A stretch of 64,000 nt of DNA, from the NCBI RefSeq assembly GCF_009914755.1, contig NC_060940.1; one strand, 5' to 3'. Source of the DNA: the human T2T-CHM13v2.0 reference genome, Homo sapiens. Shown in pieces: positions 14,754 to 29,900 of this stretch. Under the pieces are notes generated by a model, which made no database searches, was not told where the DNA came from, and saw nothing but the letters and a program-made list of their open reading frames with translations. The translations under genes were made by a program, and so were the position numbers. The first letter of the stretch is position 1. Each line of letters begins with the position of its first letter.

Positions 14754-15867
14754 TCACCTGTCTGTCTTAAATAGCAAACTTCTCACTTTCCAAAACATAC
14801 CTCAAACCACTGGATTCAGACAAGCAGAACATAGGCATAATAATGAGGACCAGGTTTGGGGAAAGGGCTGTGTAGTATAGATGGGTAAGCATCTCTGTGG
14901 AAGTAATTTGGGTCGTATCTATAGAAGTTAGATACCTCAGCCAGCACATCTTCTATTGCAAATTTGCAGAGCACACTTCCAATCAGCCAATGTTAATTTG
15001 ATTAATTTGGTTGGGGGTCAGAATACAGAGTACAGCCTTCCTATGGGGAAGCCTCATTAGTCATCATTAGGAGTATCCATTCTGCCTGGTTGTCTTAGAG
15101 TCTTTGCCTTTCTTATTACAAAGTATTAGATAGAACATGAGAGGATGCCAACAGCCCTGCAGATTGAACAAGCAAGATGTCTTAGAGGTGTGGATAGCAC
15201 TTTACACTCTCCCAATATAAAACATTTAAATTAAATATTAAATCATTATTATTCAGTTGGTCAACAGTTATGATATGGTCACTATAAAGAAAAATAAGTA
15301 CAGTCCAACCAGAGTAAAGGAAATGTATCCTCAGAACTCTGAATTTTCAGGTTTGGGAGGTATTGGGAGGTACTTTAGAAGTCAAGCAATCCAACTTCTA
15401 CATTTTATGTATGGAAATTCTGAGGCCAAAAGAGGACTGCAACTGGGGTTTCTAATTCTCGACTGCCAATCTTTCTTCCTAATCCTGGAAGTCTGTTTTC
15501 TTGATCTTATCAGCAGTTGACTTTTTAAAGGCACTGCCTCCTCATCCCATAGAATGGATTACTATTATAGCATTGCAGGATGAACATGGTGGCAGGGGAG
15601 TACGTGGTTTCCATGGTTAAACTGGGGTATAACCAGGACAGGAACACTGGCCTCCTCCCTGCAAGTCTAGAATGACCACACGACTGTGGGCCCCAGACAA
15701 ACCGACCATATTCTAATCTGAACCTCCAGCTCAGAAAGTGTTAAGTGTATCATCTTGGACAAGATAATTCACCTCCATGAATATCAGTTTTCTCATAAGT
15801 AAAACGGATGTAATTTTTTAAAAAAAATCTGTCTTGCAGGATAGTTGTATAGATACAGTGAGATCTT

Positions 15868-16070
15868 TAGAGGTCAGCAGACTTTTTCTGTAAAGGACAA
15901 GGTAGTAAATATTTTAGGCTCTGCAGGCTACATGAGGTCTCTGCTGCGTATTTTTTCTCTCTCTCTCTGTCTTACACACACACACTTTAAACATGTTTAA
16001 AAATAAAATAAACATTCTGAGCTTATGGACCATACAGAAGCAGGCATAGGTCACAGTTTTCCACAGCTGA
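15868..16070 (+). mobile_element. MER58-family hAT-Charlie MITE
   Basis: gtcagcagactttttctgtaaagg...gtaaatattttaggct. Confidence 0.7.
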
Positions 16071-16168
16071 TCAAGACCACACGCTGCAAGCATGCAGCAA
16101 CCAGGCATGTCTTTGTGTTGTTATTCAGCACCCAGCACCCACCACAGTATCAGATGCTTGGGTATTTA

Positions 16169-16572
<404 letters not shown>

Positions 16573-17044
16573 TTAGCATTGTTACTGCCCTTGTGGCTTA
16601 TAAGCTCCAGAACTATGATTTAATATGAAAGACAGGATGAGTTCACTCATTAAAGTATTTGGAGGAAAAGGAGATGAGTAGAAGTGTTGCAGAGGAGGAG
16701 GCACTGGCCTGAGCTTGGAAGGATGGGTAAGTTTTTGGATAAATGGATAAATGAAGAAGGTACCAGTGTATTAAAAGGAAAATAAGGAGGTTATGCATCT
16801 GCCACTGTACCACGGTGTATATATGCTATCAGGACAAGGTTATGGCTTCACAAAGACCACCTCCTTATGTGATTTCTTGGAATGTGGAACTCAGTGGCTG
16901 CTGAAGTGAGATACAGGTAAATTCCCATAGGGAGAACTGACCTCTGATCATTTTGAGTTTCAATGAGAGTAGAATATCTCTGAGACAAATATAGCCCTAT
17001 TAACCAGTGAACATTAAAAGATACTGAAGGCCTCCCATGACTCA

Positions 17045-17686
<642 letters not shown>

Positions 17687-19352
17687 TTAAGGCTTAGGGT
17701 TGTGTTAATCTAATCACTAAAGGAAATGTGACTTAATTAATACCTCCAAGCTTGTGAATGGCAACATACCACTGTGTAAACATAATCACACTATTCCTTC
17801 CATCTTCATTAACAGATGAGAAAATAGTCTCAAAAGGTGAACCAGCTTGCTCAAGGTCACAAGCTAAGCAGGGGAGTAGGTCTTTCTGTCTTTTCACTAA
17901 ACCCTGTGGCTTACCTAAAGAATGAATTATAAATGCCTAGCATCAGGTCATCTCTCAGAAATGGGTTTTGGAGGGCAGAAGACTTTCTCTGAGCAAGAAT
18001 TTGAAAGACAGACAGGGGAGGCAGATAGAGTGAAGATAAACATCAAAGTTGTTTTCCTTGGGTAGAGAAACACCAGATTCCATCAATCAAGTTAGCAGGG
18101 TTCTCTGGTCTTCTTTGAGTACTGGAGCTTGGATTATGATGACACCCAGCTGACTGTCAGGCCACTGTTGCAGTCAAAATTTACACAAAGATCGGGCCCA
18201 GGGTTGCAACGCAGGCTACACAAAGCTGCTGGTACGAGGAGTCAAGAAGAAACAGACATTGGCCAAGAAGACAAATCATGTGCCGCTTCCTCATTCGGAA
18301 TAACTGGCCATGTCTAGTAAATGCAACCTCTAGATTCATCATGCCAGATGGGTTATTTCAAGTACAGATGCTAGTATTTGTTCTATTTCATTCAACTCTT
18401 TGAGATTGATCAATAAAAAGATGTATATGGTGCCTGTGTGTCTGGCATTAAAAGAGGAAAGAAATGACCTCAGTGAATAAGAACAGTACTTGGATTTCTT
18501 AGCGTGCCTAGGAAACCCCGAGTAAACTGGGCAGATTCAAGCATGTGATGAATTTCTGCTGTCTGATTTAATATTTAATATTTTAATATTTAATCCTAAA
18601 GTTGTGCATTCCACTTCTTTGGTTACAGAATATTAAGAAGTGAAGCTATTAAAAACACTAAGTGTTTTAGTTCAGGAAGAGAGCACAACCTTCCCTAAGT
18701 GACAGGTGATGCTGGGTGTCTTCGTTTATTTGTTTTTGAAAACGTGGGCTTTATTTCTTAAATATTTATTATTAATGCAACAATCAGGCTACCCAGGATT
18801 TATATAGAACCTTGTCTTCCAAGGAATACTCTGGTTGAATAACATCATCTGTCTTTATGAACTTCACCGTCAGGAAGAAGGCGAGACTAACTTTTGATTT
18901 CTTACAGATGGGAAAACAGAGACCCTGAGAGATCAAACAAGTTTTCCCAAGTTACAGAATAAATCTATTGAATTCCCTCACACTTAATGCTGCTCAAACC
19001 AGCTTGTGTTGTCTATGACAGGAAAATCTCTGCTACAGACTTTCAGAGAAATGTCCCTTCCACTTTTCATTTGATGACCACTCATAAACCTTGACTTACA
19101 AGAAGATATACGTGAAACGGAGACACAAACATTGCACTGCAAATGGCTCAAATATTCATTTGTGGAAGAAACACTTAAGTTCCTACTGTGTGCCTAGCTC
19201 TATCTAAGCACTAGAGCTGTGTTTTCACTTCTTATTGCTGCTGTAACAAATTACAACAAAGGTCAGAAGTCCTAAAATCAAGTTGTCAGCAGGGCTACCT
19301 TCCTTCTGCATGTCTTGGGCAGAATCCATATCCCTGCCTTTTCCAGGTTCTA

Positions 19353-20175
19353 ATATATATATTATAATATATATTATATATATAGTATTATATATAATAT
19401 AATATATATTATATATATAGTATTATATATAGTATAATATATAGTATTATATATACTATATATAGTATAATATATAGTATTATATATACTATATATAGTA
19501 TATATATAGTATTATATATACTATATATAGTATAATATATAGTATTATATATACTATATATAGTATAATATATAGTATTATATATACTATATATAGTATT
19601 ATATATACTATATATAGTATAATATATAGTATTATATATACTATATATAGTATTATATATACTATATATAGTATTATATATACTATATATAGTATTATAT
19701 AATACTATATATAGTATAATATATAGTATTATATATACTATATATAGTATTATATATAGTATTATATATACTATATATAGTATTATATATAGTATTATAT
19801 ATACTATATATAGTATTATATATAGTATAATATAATACTATATATAATATATAGTACATATTATATAACTATTATATAATATATATTATATATTTTATAT
19901 ATTATAACATATCATACATAATATATAATGTAATACACATATAATATATAACAATACATCACACGTAATATATAATGTAATACATTATATATGTATTACA
20001 TTATATATATACCCCCAAAAAGTAAATTTTTAAAAAAATGTGCTTCCCTCAAAGCATTGATCAGAAGATTAAATGTATAATGTAATACATCCTATATTAT
20101 ATATGATATATATAATATATATGATATAATATATATCATGTATATGATTATATATTTTATATATATATATATAGT
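19353..20175. repeat. AT-rich palindromic minisatellite
   Basis: Repeating units tatatagtattatatatac / tatatagtataa, containing the palindrome ATACTATATATAGTAT many times. Confidence 0.95.
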
Positions 20176-20187
20176 TGATTGATTAAG

Positions 20188-20459
20188 TTTTGAGACAGGG
20201 TCTTGAAATATTGCCCAGGCTGGAATACAGCATTGCTGTCAAGCCTCACTGCAGCCTCGACCTCCTCAGCTCAAGCCATCCTCCCACCTCAGCCTCCCTT
20301 GTAGCTGGGACCATAGGCATGCACTACTACATCCACCTAATTTTTCTTTCTTGGTAGAGACAGAGTATATCTAAGTTTCCCAGGCTGGTCTCGAACTCCT
20401 GGGCTCAAGCAATCCTCCCAGCTGAGCCTTCCAAAACACTGAGATCACAGGTCCCAGCC
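20188..20459 (-). mobile_element. AluJ
   Basis: Reverse Alu with J diagnostics cactgcagcctcgacctcct and ctcctgggctcaagcaatcctcc. Confidence 0.9.
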
Positions 20460-21193
20460 TTTCCAGCTTTTAGAGGCCATCTGCATTCTTTGACTCACGG
20501 AACCTTCCTCCATCTTTAAAGTGCATCGCTCCGACCTTTGTTTTCATCCTCTCATCTCCTTTTTCTGACTTTGACTCTCCTGCCTTCCTTTTATGAGGAC
20601 CCTTGTGATTCTATCAGGCCCATCTGGATAATCCAGGATAATCTCCTCATCTCAAATCCTTAACCAAATCACATCTACAAAGTGGCTTTTGCCGTCAGGT
20701 AACATAGTCACAGGTTGAGTGGATTGGGATGTGAATATATCTGGGAGGAGAGACATTATTCAGCCTGGCACAGACTGTCAAGAGGTTTTCTAGCCCTTGC
20801 AGCAATCTTCATTTCGTGGGAAAGAGGTGCACAAACAATTGATGACAAACACCATGGTAAGTGACAAGCAGTGATGGGTAAAATGATGGGCCTCCATCCC
20901 AGGCTAATGGGGGTGAGGAAGACTTCCAGACAGAATGATGTCTAAAGCTAGTCTTCAAGGATGAATGAGGAATGCTCATGCAAGAGAGCAAGGTAGCATG
21001 TTGGAAGTTGGGTGGTCCAGGAAATGAGGACACAGCAGGCAAACAGCACACCAGAGGCCGAGGAGAGTCCAGTTGTACAGTTCATCTGCCTATAGTGTTT
21101 GCTTCGCATTGGTCAGCTTTGTTTTAGAGCTACCTTGGGTGGCAGACAGACAAAAAACTAGGCTGTATAGCAAAAAAATTAAGAGTAAGAGCA

Positions 21194-21742
<549 letters not shown>

Positions 21743-21769
21743 GAGTAAGAGAAGGTAATGTGCCCTTCA

Positions 21770-21940
21770 TTCAAGCCCTGATCCTTCTTAAAAGTTTGTT
21801 TAACTTCTCTGCTCCTCAGTTTTCTCATCTGTCAAATGGGAGTAATAAGAGTACTAATCTTAATTGTTCCAAACATAAAATAATTAATATAAAGTCCTTA
21901 GCACAATTTCTGGCACATAGTGGGTGTTCAATAAACGTTA
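21770..21940 (+). mobile_element. MIR
   Basis: cctcagttttctcatctgtcaaatgggagtaataa...tggcacatagtgggtgttcaataaa. Confidence 0.75.
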
Positions 21941-22001
21941 GATTTTTCTCTTTTAGTTCCCTCCCTTTCAGCCTCTTTGGCACCAGGACACTGTCACACA
22001 G

Positions 22002-22364
22002 TATCTTAGTCTGTTCAGGCTGCTATAATAAAATACCACAGACTGGGTAATTTATAAACAATAGAAATGTATCACTCACAGTTCTGGAGGCTGAGAAGTC
22101 CAATATCAAGGTGCCAGCAGATCTGTTGTCTGGTGAGATCTCACTTTCTGCTTCAAAGATGACACCTTCTAGTTGTGTCCTCACATGAAAGAAGGGGAGA
22201 AAAAGCTCCCTCTGGCCTCTTTCACAAGGTCACTAATCCCATTTATGGAGGCTCTGTTCTCATAAACTAATCATCCCCCAAAGACTCTACCTCTTAATAC
22301 TATTGCACTGGAGATGAGGTTTCAACATATGAATCTAGGGAGATGCAAACATTCTGACAACAGC
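22002..22364 (-). mobile_element. MaLR solo LTR (MLT1A/MST-like)
   Basis: tcttagtctgttcaggctgctataataaaatacc...cagttctggaggctgagaagtcc; 5-bp TSD cacag. Confidence 0.8.
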
Positions 22365-22736
22365 ACACAGTTCGTGTTTTCACCCATGCCGGGAAACTCC
22401 TACAGGAAGAGCAGGTGACTTTCCCTCGAGAGCCTAGTTCCCAGGGAGCCATCAACACATGTCCCATCACAGAGATGACAAGGACTTTTATAGGATGTGA
22501 TGTGCTACGTTAAATACGGTTCAGACCAAACAAGACCATGCCGGGCACACCCATACCGTCAGGTCCTCCCGATTTTCCGTGGTTGGAATTTCACTTTTCT
22601 CTGTCTTAAAACAGCCAGATGGGCGGTTATTCTTGGGGATAAACAAATAGCTGTGATTTCTGTTTATGGGAGGAGCCCTAACTTTCTGGGTTTTTCCCCA
22701 CAACACTGACAGTGTCAGGCAGATTAAAAGATGTGG

Positions 22737-23100
<364 letters not shown>

Positions 23101-23249
23101 CTATAATCTCAGTTTACTCACCAACAAAATGAAAACTTTGAATGAGAAGATTTGTAAGAGCCCCTCCTAGATCTAAAATTATCTTCTTCTATGGCAAGTT
23201 TAGAGCATAAATAGACCCCAACTACAAGAAGTCAACCTGAACTGATGGG

Positions 23250-23960
23250 AAAAACAAAATTCTGGGGTCAGACAAATATGTGCTGAAATCCTTGTGAGAT
23301 TCACCCACAGAGCTACTTAACTTCCCTGAGTCTTGGCCTCTATAAAATGAGGATAAAAGTTCTTGCCTCAAATGGATACTCCATTTACCCTGACATGATT
23401 ATTACATATACTTTGTATGCCTGTATTAAAATATCCCATATATCCCATAAACATATACACGTACTGATATGGTTTGGCTGTGACCCCACCCAAATCTCAT
23501 CTCGAATCGTAGCTCCCACAATTCCCGTATGTCATGGGAGGAACCTGGTGAGAGGTAATTGAATTATGGGGTGTGGTGGGGATTATCCCATACTGCTCCC
23601 GTGGCAGTGAATAAGTCTCACAAGATCTGACGGTTTTATAAGGGATTTCCCTTTTCACTTGGCCCTCATTCTCTTTTCCTGCCTCCACGTAAAGCCCTTT
23701 GTTCTTCCTTTGTCTTCCGCCACGATTGTGGGGCCTCCTCAGCCATGTGGAGCTGAGTCTATTAAACCTTTTTCCTTTATAAATTACCCTGTTTCTGGTA
23801 TGTCTTTATCAGCAACGTGAAAACGAACTAATACACCTAAGATATACCCACAAAAAGTAAATTTTTTAAAAAATGTGCTTCCCTCAAAGTGTTGATCAGA
23901 AGATTAAATGAGATGTCATAGGTAATGGAAAGTCAGGCACAAAATCAGCATTGAATGATT
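23250..23960 (+). mobile_element. MIR hosting a short L1MA 3' fragment (about 23372-23873) that itself hosts THE1
   Basis: The MIR core is split at a duplicated cttgcctcaaa / cttccctcaaa. The L1MA end is atggatactccatttaccctga...atacccacaaaaagtaaa. Confidence 0.65.
23465..23835 (+). mobile_element. THE1 (THE1B-like) solo LTR
   Basis: tgatatggtttggctgtg...aactaataca termini. Confidence 0.92.
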
Positions 23961-24296
23961 ATTGAATACAAAAGTGGAAAGGGGCTATGTCTCACCAAAG
24001 TTCTGTCTTCACATTCCAGCGGCCAGCCCCTGTTCTGAGAGGTTTTCTCTTTAAAATGTTAATTTTTTTTCAAAACAATAAAAACATCAGTCCTCTTCCC
24101 CACCCCTCTCTACCATTAATTACTGCTCTTAAGGGGAAATAACTTTTAATTTTCAGGCCTTTTTCATGGTAGTTTCCCTCCATATACCTAAATAACATGG
24201 TTATGCAGCTATTTCTCAATTGATCAATTTTAACTTCTTGTTAATGGTATTGAAAGACTTAGTGCCTCCTCCTGCTCCTGCCTCTCCCCATGCACT

Positions 24297-24448
24297 CACA
24301 TCCTAGTTTAGTGATATCCCGTTGTTTTTGTTAAATCAGTAATCAGTATATATGTTACTACAGCTATTATCACATCCTGCTAATTTAGTGATATCCCATT
24401 GCTTTTGTTAAATTAATAATCAGTATATGTGTTACTATGGCTATTAAT
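24297..24448 (+). repeat. About 75-bp diverged tandem duplication
   Basis: cacatcct..tttagtgatatccc.ttg.ttttgttaaat...taatcagtatat.tgttacta..gctatta occurs at 24297-24370 and again at 24371-24448. Confidence 0.9.
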
Positions 24449-24614
24449 CCAAGTAGAATACAATGATTAAGTTTCTTCTTCATATAGATTTAGTTTTTCC
24501 TGATGTTAATGCTTTTTTTTTTCTGCCCTTTGACTTATTTTTTATGTACCCAACATGAATTCTTCCCAGAAATCTCCAACAGAACACTAAACAAATTTTA
24601 ATGGAATAAAACTC

Positions 24615-24946
<332 letters not shown>

Positions 24947-25134
24947 CTATCAGTCCTTTTATAAGAAGTACCTCTTCGAGACACCTTCCCCCATGTGAAT
25001 GTGTTCCACTCTAGACCTGCTACCTCACCTACCTCCTTCCACGCTTCATCCCTTCCCATCCTGCTGGGTTTACATTGAACTTCTCTCCTCCACTGAATCC
25101 TATTTCTCTGATTTCCTATCTTATTTCTCTTGAT

Positions 25135-25297
<163 letters not shown>

Positions 25298-26304
25298 TGA
25301 CTTTCTTTCTTTAATTTTTGGAGAGGAATAGCCTCCCAAAGCCTTTTCAGGTACAATTTTGAGTCCTTGCATGTCTGAAAATTTTCATTATATCCTCGTA
25401 CTTGATTAATCATTTGATTGGATATAGAATTCTAGGTTATAAGTTTGAGAGCATGGACCTATTACCTTCCAGCTTCTAGTATTTCTATTAAGACATTCAA
25501 TATCAATTCTTATGCTTAATCCTTTTAATGTGACCTGTTATTATTCCCTTGAAGCTTTTAGGATTTTCTCTGCATCCCCAGAATTCTGTGACTTAAGAAT
25601 GATGCACCTTATTACAAGTTTTTAAATTTATTTTACTGGATACTCAGTGATTCCCTGTAGTCTAGATTTTCATGTCTTTCACTTCCGGTAGTTTTGCTCC
25701 ATATGTCTGAATAACATGGTTATATTGGTTGTTTCTTAATTTATCAATTTTAACTTCTTGTAAATGGTTTTGGAAGATTTAGTACCACCCCCCTCCTGTC
25801 TCCCTCACACACTCCCCAACACTTTTACGGTATTTATTCTTTGATAGTCTTCTCCCTGCAATTTTGTGTCTCCTCTCTTTGCAATTTCTGGGAGTCCCAC
25901 ATACAACTTCTGAATTGTTCTTCTACTTTTTTTATATCTGCTCTATGTTTTTAATCTTTGAATCATGTTTTTGCCTTCTTGCAAATTTCCTTTTTCAACT
26001 ATGCTTTTAAGTGACTTACCTTTCTGATTTTTAATTTCCAAGAGTTGTTTCTTATTCTCTTACAGTTCATTTTTTAAGTAGCATCCTTCTCTTGTGGCAT
26101 GGATGGAATATCTTCTTTACTCTCTGTGAGGCTCTTAATTATCATTTATTTGAAGTTTTCTTCTGCTGCCTGTATTGTCTGCTTTTCACAAGTTGCATTA
26201 GTTATATTGTTTGTATGTTTTAGTTTGTTCCTCACCCCATGTTGAAGGCTTTCCTTAAGTACCTGATTACTCTTTATTTTGTATTAATAGTTGAGTGAGA
26301 TAAA

Positions 26305-26316
26305 TCTCTCTCTCTG

Positions 26317-26358
<42 letters not shown>

Positions 26359-26360
26359 AC
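26305..26360. repeat. (CT)n(CA)n compound microsatellite
   Basis: Directly visible. Confidence 0.95.
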
Positions 26361-26507
26361 CTCACACTAATCAGAGGCTCTATGGATAGGATTCACCAAT
26401 TCAAGAATTTTATGGACCAAGCCATTCTGTTAGGATTATCCCAAATGTCAGTATCCATATTTACTTTTTTCTTGGTCCTTTCTGTTACTTTCAGAAAAAT
26501 TCTTCTA

Positions 26508-26682
26508 AGCCAGATACAGTGGCTCAAGCCTGTAATCTTAACACTTTTGGAAGCTGAGGCAGGAGTTCAAGATCACTTTGGGCAACATAGCCAGACCCCA
26601 TTTCTACAACAATCTTAAAAAATATTTGAACCCAGGAGTTCAAGATCAGTTTGGTCAACACAGTAAGTCCCCATTTCTACAA
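26508..26682 (+). mobile_element. FLAM-like Alu monomer with internal duplication
   Basis: caggagttcaagatca.tttgg..caaca...ccccatttctacaa occurs twice. Confidence 0.7.
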
Positions 26683-28232
26683 GATGTTTAAATGCTGGCT
26701 TCCAGCATTCCAGAAGCTCAGAGAAAATGGGCTGGGTAGCCACACCATTCAGTGTACTGATTTTCATTCACTCTTCCCATTGTCGAACCTCACATGCCTA
26801 TTACCCACTGTCTGATATTTGTGAATAAAGACCCTGCCCTGGTTCAATTTTTCCAAATCTTCACCTCCACTTCCCTGCCTGGGTTCACAGGGTGGGATTG
26901 GGTGTCTGGGAGTCTATCTATCAACTAGCTCTCTTGTCACGAGCACCTCCTTTGCTCATGCTATCTGAGGTACCTGAAGCCTCCAACTGCTGAAAGTTTC
27001 TGAGGTTCTGTGACCCAATTCCCCTTGATTTTGGTTTATAATCTCCCCTCAGTGGGGCCTTAGATTTCAGTTTTCTTCACTCGGTTACTTTGGTTACCAT
27101 TCATCAATCCACATACTACTGCTCAAAACGCAGTTGACATCTCTTGTCCAATATTGTCTTGTCTCTTATTCTAGATTCCCCCTCTCATCCTAGTTTCTCA
27201 TTCTATTCATACTGGTTTATCTCTTCTGTGCCATTTAAATGGGAGTCTCTGGGGAGGAATGGAGATAAATGGGTGTGTTCCATCTGTAATGTTTAACTGT
27301 AATGTTTAATGTTCTACTGAGGGTTTCTTTCAGTGAAAGATTTTGCATGTGGGAAACACAAGGAAAAATACAGAGAATGTGCTTCCCTGATAAAGTCTCT
27401 CCCTGGGCTGCTCATTCACAATGGCCTCATTTTCTAGAGTAACAGAAATTATCTAGGGCCACTCTGTCTCCCTAAAGAACTGGATGACATTATCTTGAAT
27501 TCCAACCTCACCTCTAGTTCACCTGATTCTCATCATTCTCAAAATTTATACTTTTCCTAGGAATCTTTTTTCTCTGCTCAGATGGACTGTTTTCTTTATA
27601 TCTGTCCCAGCATCATCTCAAATCTGAGACACAAGACTTTTTTTTTTTTTGTCATTTCAGTATTCCATCTCCCAATCCCCCAAACACAAAGGAAACACCC
27701 TTCTGAAAATAATCTGCCTGTAGAAGACTGAAGACTGGAAAGTAATAGTTTCTTCTCCAGACTGAATGCTGATAACAGATGGTGAGATTTTAATTTTTCT
27801 AATCCTGCTACCATGTCTGTGTATACGTTTATTTCTAAAATGAACACAAAAATCCAAATAGCATGGGCCTTCTATGTACTCTGATAGAAGAAATGAGAAA
27901 ATGATCGTCTTCAATCAAAGAAGACCTGCTATTATAAGCCAAGAATCCTTATAAAAAGAAACATTTAATAGGATATCCTATATCTGCTTTTGATTTCCAT
28001 ATCCCAAGAAAGGAAGAAGATATTTAGAACAAGGTCAAGAGGTGACAAAGAACATCTGCCTGCGTTGCTTCATTTAATCTTCTCAATAAGTTTGTGAGAT
28101 ATTATTTCTTTCTATTTTCCAGATGAGGCAATAGAGGCTATGTGACTTCCCTGAAACACACAGCTAGAAAGTGACATCACCAGTAATTGTAATGGTAACC
28201 GTTTCTGCCCCACCGTGCTTGCAATACACAGT

Positions 28233-28449
28233 GATAGATTACATAGATATATAGATTAGCTATAGATATATAGATTAGATAGATACATAGATGAGATTAG
28301 ACACATCGATTAGCTAGATTACATAGATACATAGATTAGATAGATAGATTAGATAGACTGCATAGATAGGATAGATTACATAGATAGACTGGATTATAGT
28401 TGTGTGTATCCATATACATATACACATGTATGTGTGTGTGTGTGTGTGT
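28233..28449. repeat. Degenerate (TAGA)n followed by (TG)n
   Basis: Directly visible. Confidence 0.9.
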
Positions 28450-28605
28450 TTTCACTCTCATGATTACAAATAGATGATATTCTTCTTTCTCATTTTTGGA
28501 AACTAAGACTCAGAGAAGTTAAGTAACATGCTCAAAGTAACAGTCACAAAGTGCCCATCTCTCCCCCTCTCTTTTCTTCCACCTCCTCACACTGTCTTTA
28601 ACTAG

Positions 28606-29132
28606 TGTCCAGAGATAGTGCCCAGTAATCCCTCCCCATCCTGCGTGCACTTGGCACTCCTGACATAAAGAGGAGAGGTATATTTTCCCAACCCTTGAAT
28701 CTTGGTTGGCTTTGTGACTAACTTTGACAAAGAGAATGTGACACAAGTGAGATTCTGAGCTTCCAAACTCAAGCCGTAAGATAACTGGCCACTCCTATTC
28801 CCTGCGTCATGGAATTCAGACACCATATTGTAAGAAACTCAAGCTGCATGGAGAAACCACGTGGAAGAGAATGGAGATGCTCTGGTCAGTAGCCTTAGGT
28901 AAACTCCTGGCTGAAAGCCAGCACCAACTACCGGCTTCATGAGGGAGCCATCTTGGTTGTTCCAGCCCTATCAAGCCCTCAGATTATTTCAGTCTCAGTC
29001 AACAGCATGTGGAGCAGAGGAATCACCCAAGTGAGCTCAGTCAACCTACAGAAACACAAGATAGAATACAAGTCATTGTTTTAAGCTACTAAGTGTTGAC
29101 GTGTTTTTTGTGAAGCAAGAGACACCAAAACA
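28606..29132 (+). mobile_element. MaLR solo LTR (MLT1G/H-like)
   Basis: cccttgaatcttgg...tgtgactaactttgac, gagccatcttgg..gttccagccc and ttgttttaagctactaagt. Confidence 0.7.
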
Positions 29133-29249
29133 CTGCCTATCTTTGAAAGCATGATTGCAAAACCTGATGTCTTTCTATTAGAGCAATTTCACTGACACAG
29201 TCTCTTCCACTAAGAATAAAAATGGCACGAATCATTGAGCACCTAGAAA

Positions 29250-29900
29250 TGACAACATTTGAAAACAAGACACTCAAGGATAACTTAGAGATGGCAAATT
29301 AAAAGCTCATATAGCTTTGGTAAGAGTGTAGAGAAACAGGAACTGTTACTCATTTACTGTTTGTGGTAGTATAAAATAATGAAGTGTTCCTGGAGGGTAT
29401 TTTGGCAATGTCTTATAAATACTCAGACCCCTTGACCCAGATTTGTCACTTGCAAGACATTTATCCTTGGGAACCATAAAGACATATGCAACTATTTTTT
29501 CCTGTAAAAGTGTTTACTATAATGTTTGGTATAATACTCTTTATAACAGTGCAGAGAAAGAAAGAGAAACACCTAAATATGCAACAATAAGGGATTTAAG
29601 TAAATAAAAATATTTTCACATAACGGAGAGTTACTACATTGCCACTGAGAATAAGGCAATGAAAGTTTTTAATGGCACAAATGTGCATTCAATATTCAGA
29701 AGAATATATGAGACAATGTAAGCCGTTTCCATTGGTTTTTGTAAGCAACAACCACAAAAATTATAACTAACACCAAGATAGGACTATCTGCCAAGCACTC
29801 TTGAAGGACATAACATCAAATAAATAGTGATTGTCTTTCAGTGGTCTCATTACTTCTGCTTTATGCCTTTTAATATTCACTAGGTATTTTTTCAATAAAC
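29250..29900 (+). mobile_element. Old L1ME-class 3' relic
   Basis: ggtaagagtgtagagaaacaggaact, tggagggtattttggcaat and cctaaatatgcaacaataagggattt. Confidence 0.55.

Larger units (their letters stand above)
19218..20772 (-). mobile_element. MLT1C/D-like MaLR LTR split by an AluJ plus a TA array
   Basis: attgctgctgtaacaaattac...gccttttccag on the left; ttccagcttttagaggcc...ggataatccaggataatctc...cagcctggcaca on the right. Confidence 0.75.

Noticed and set aside
18129-18317. DYDDTQL resembling the LINE RT motif YADDTQL
   Set aside because: Only five residues match and there is no flanking RT similarity.
19353-19870. Regular repeat array as CRISPR-like
   Set aside because: Eukaryotic context, no unique spacers; it is a simple AT minisatellite.
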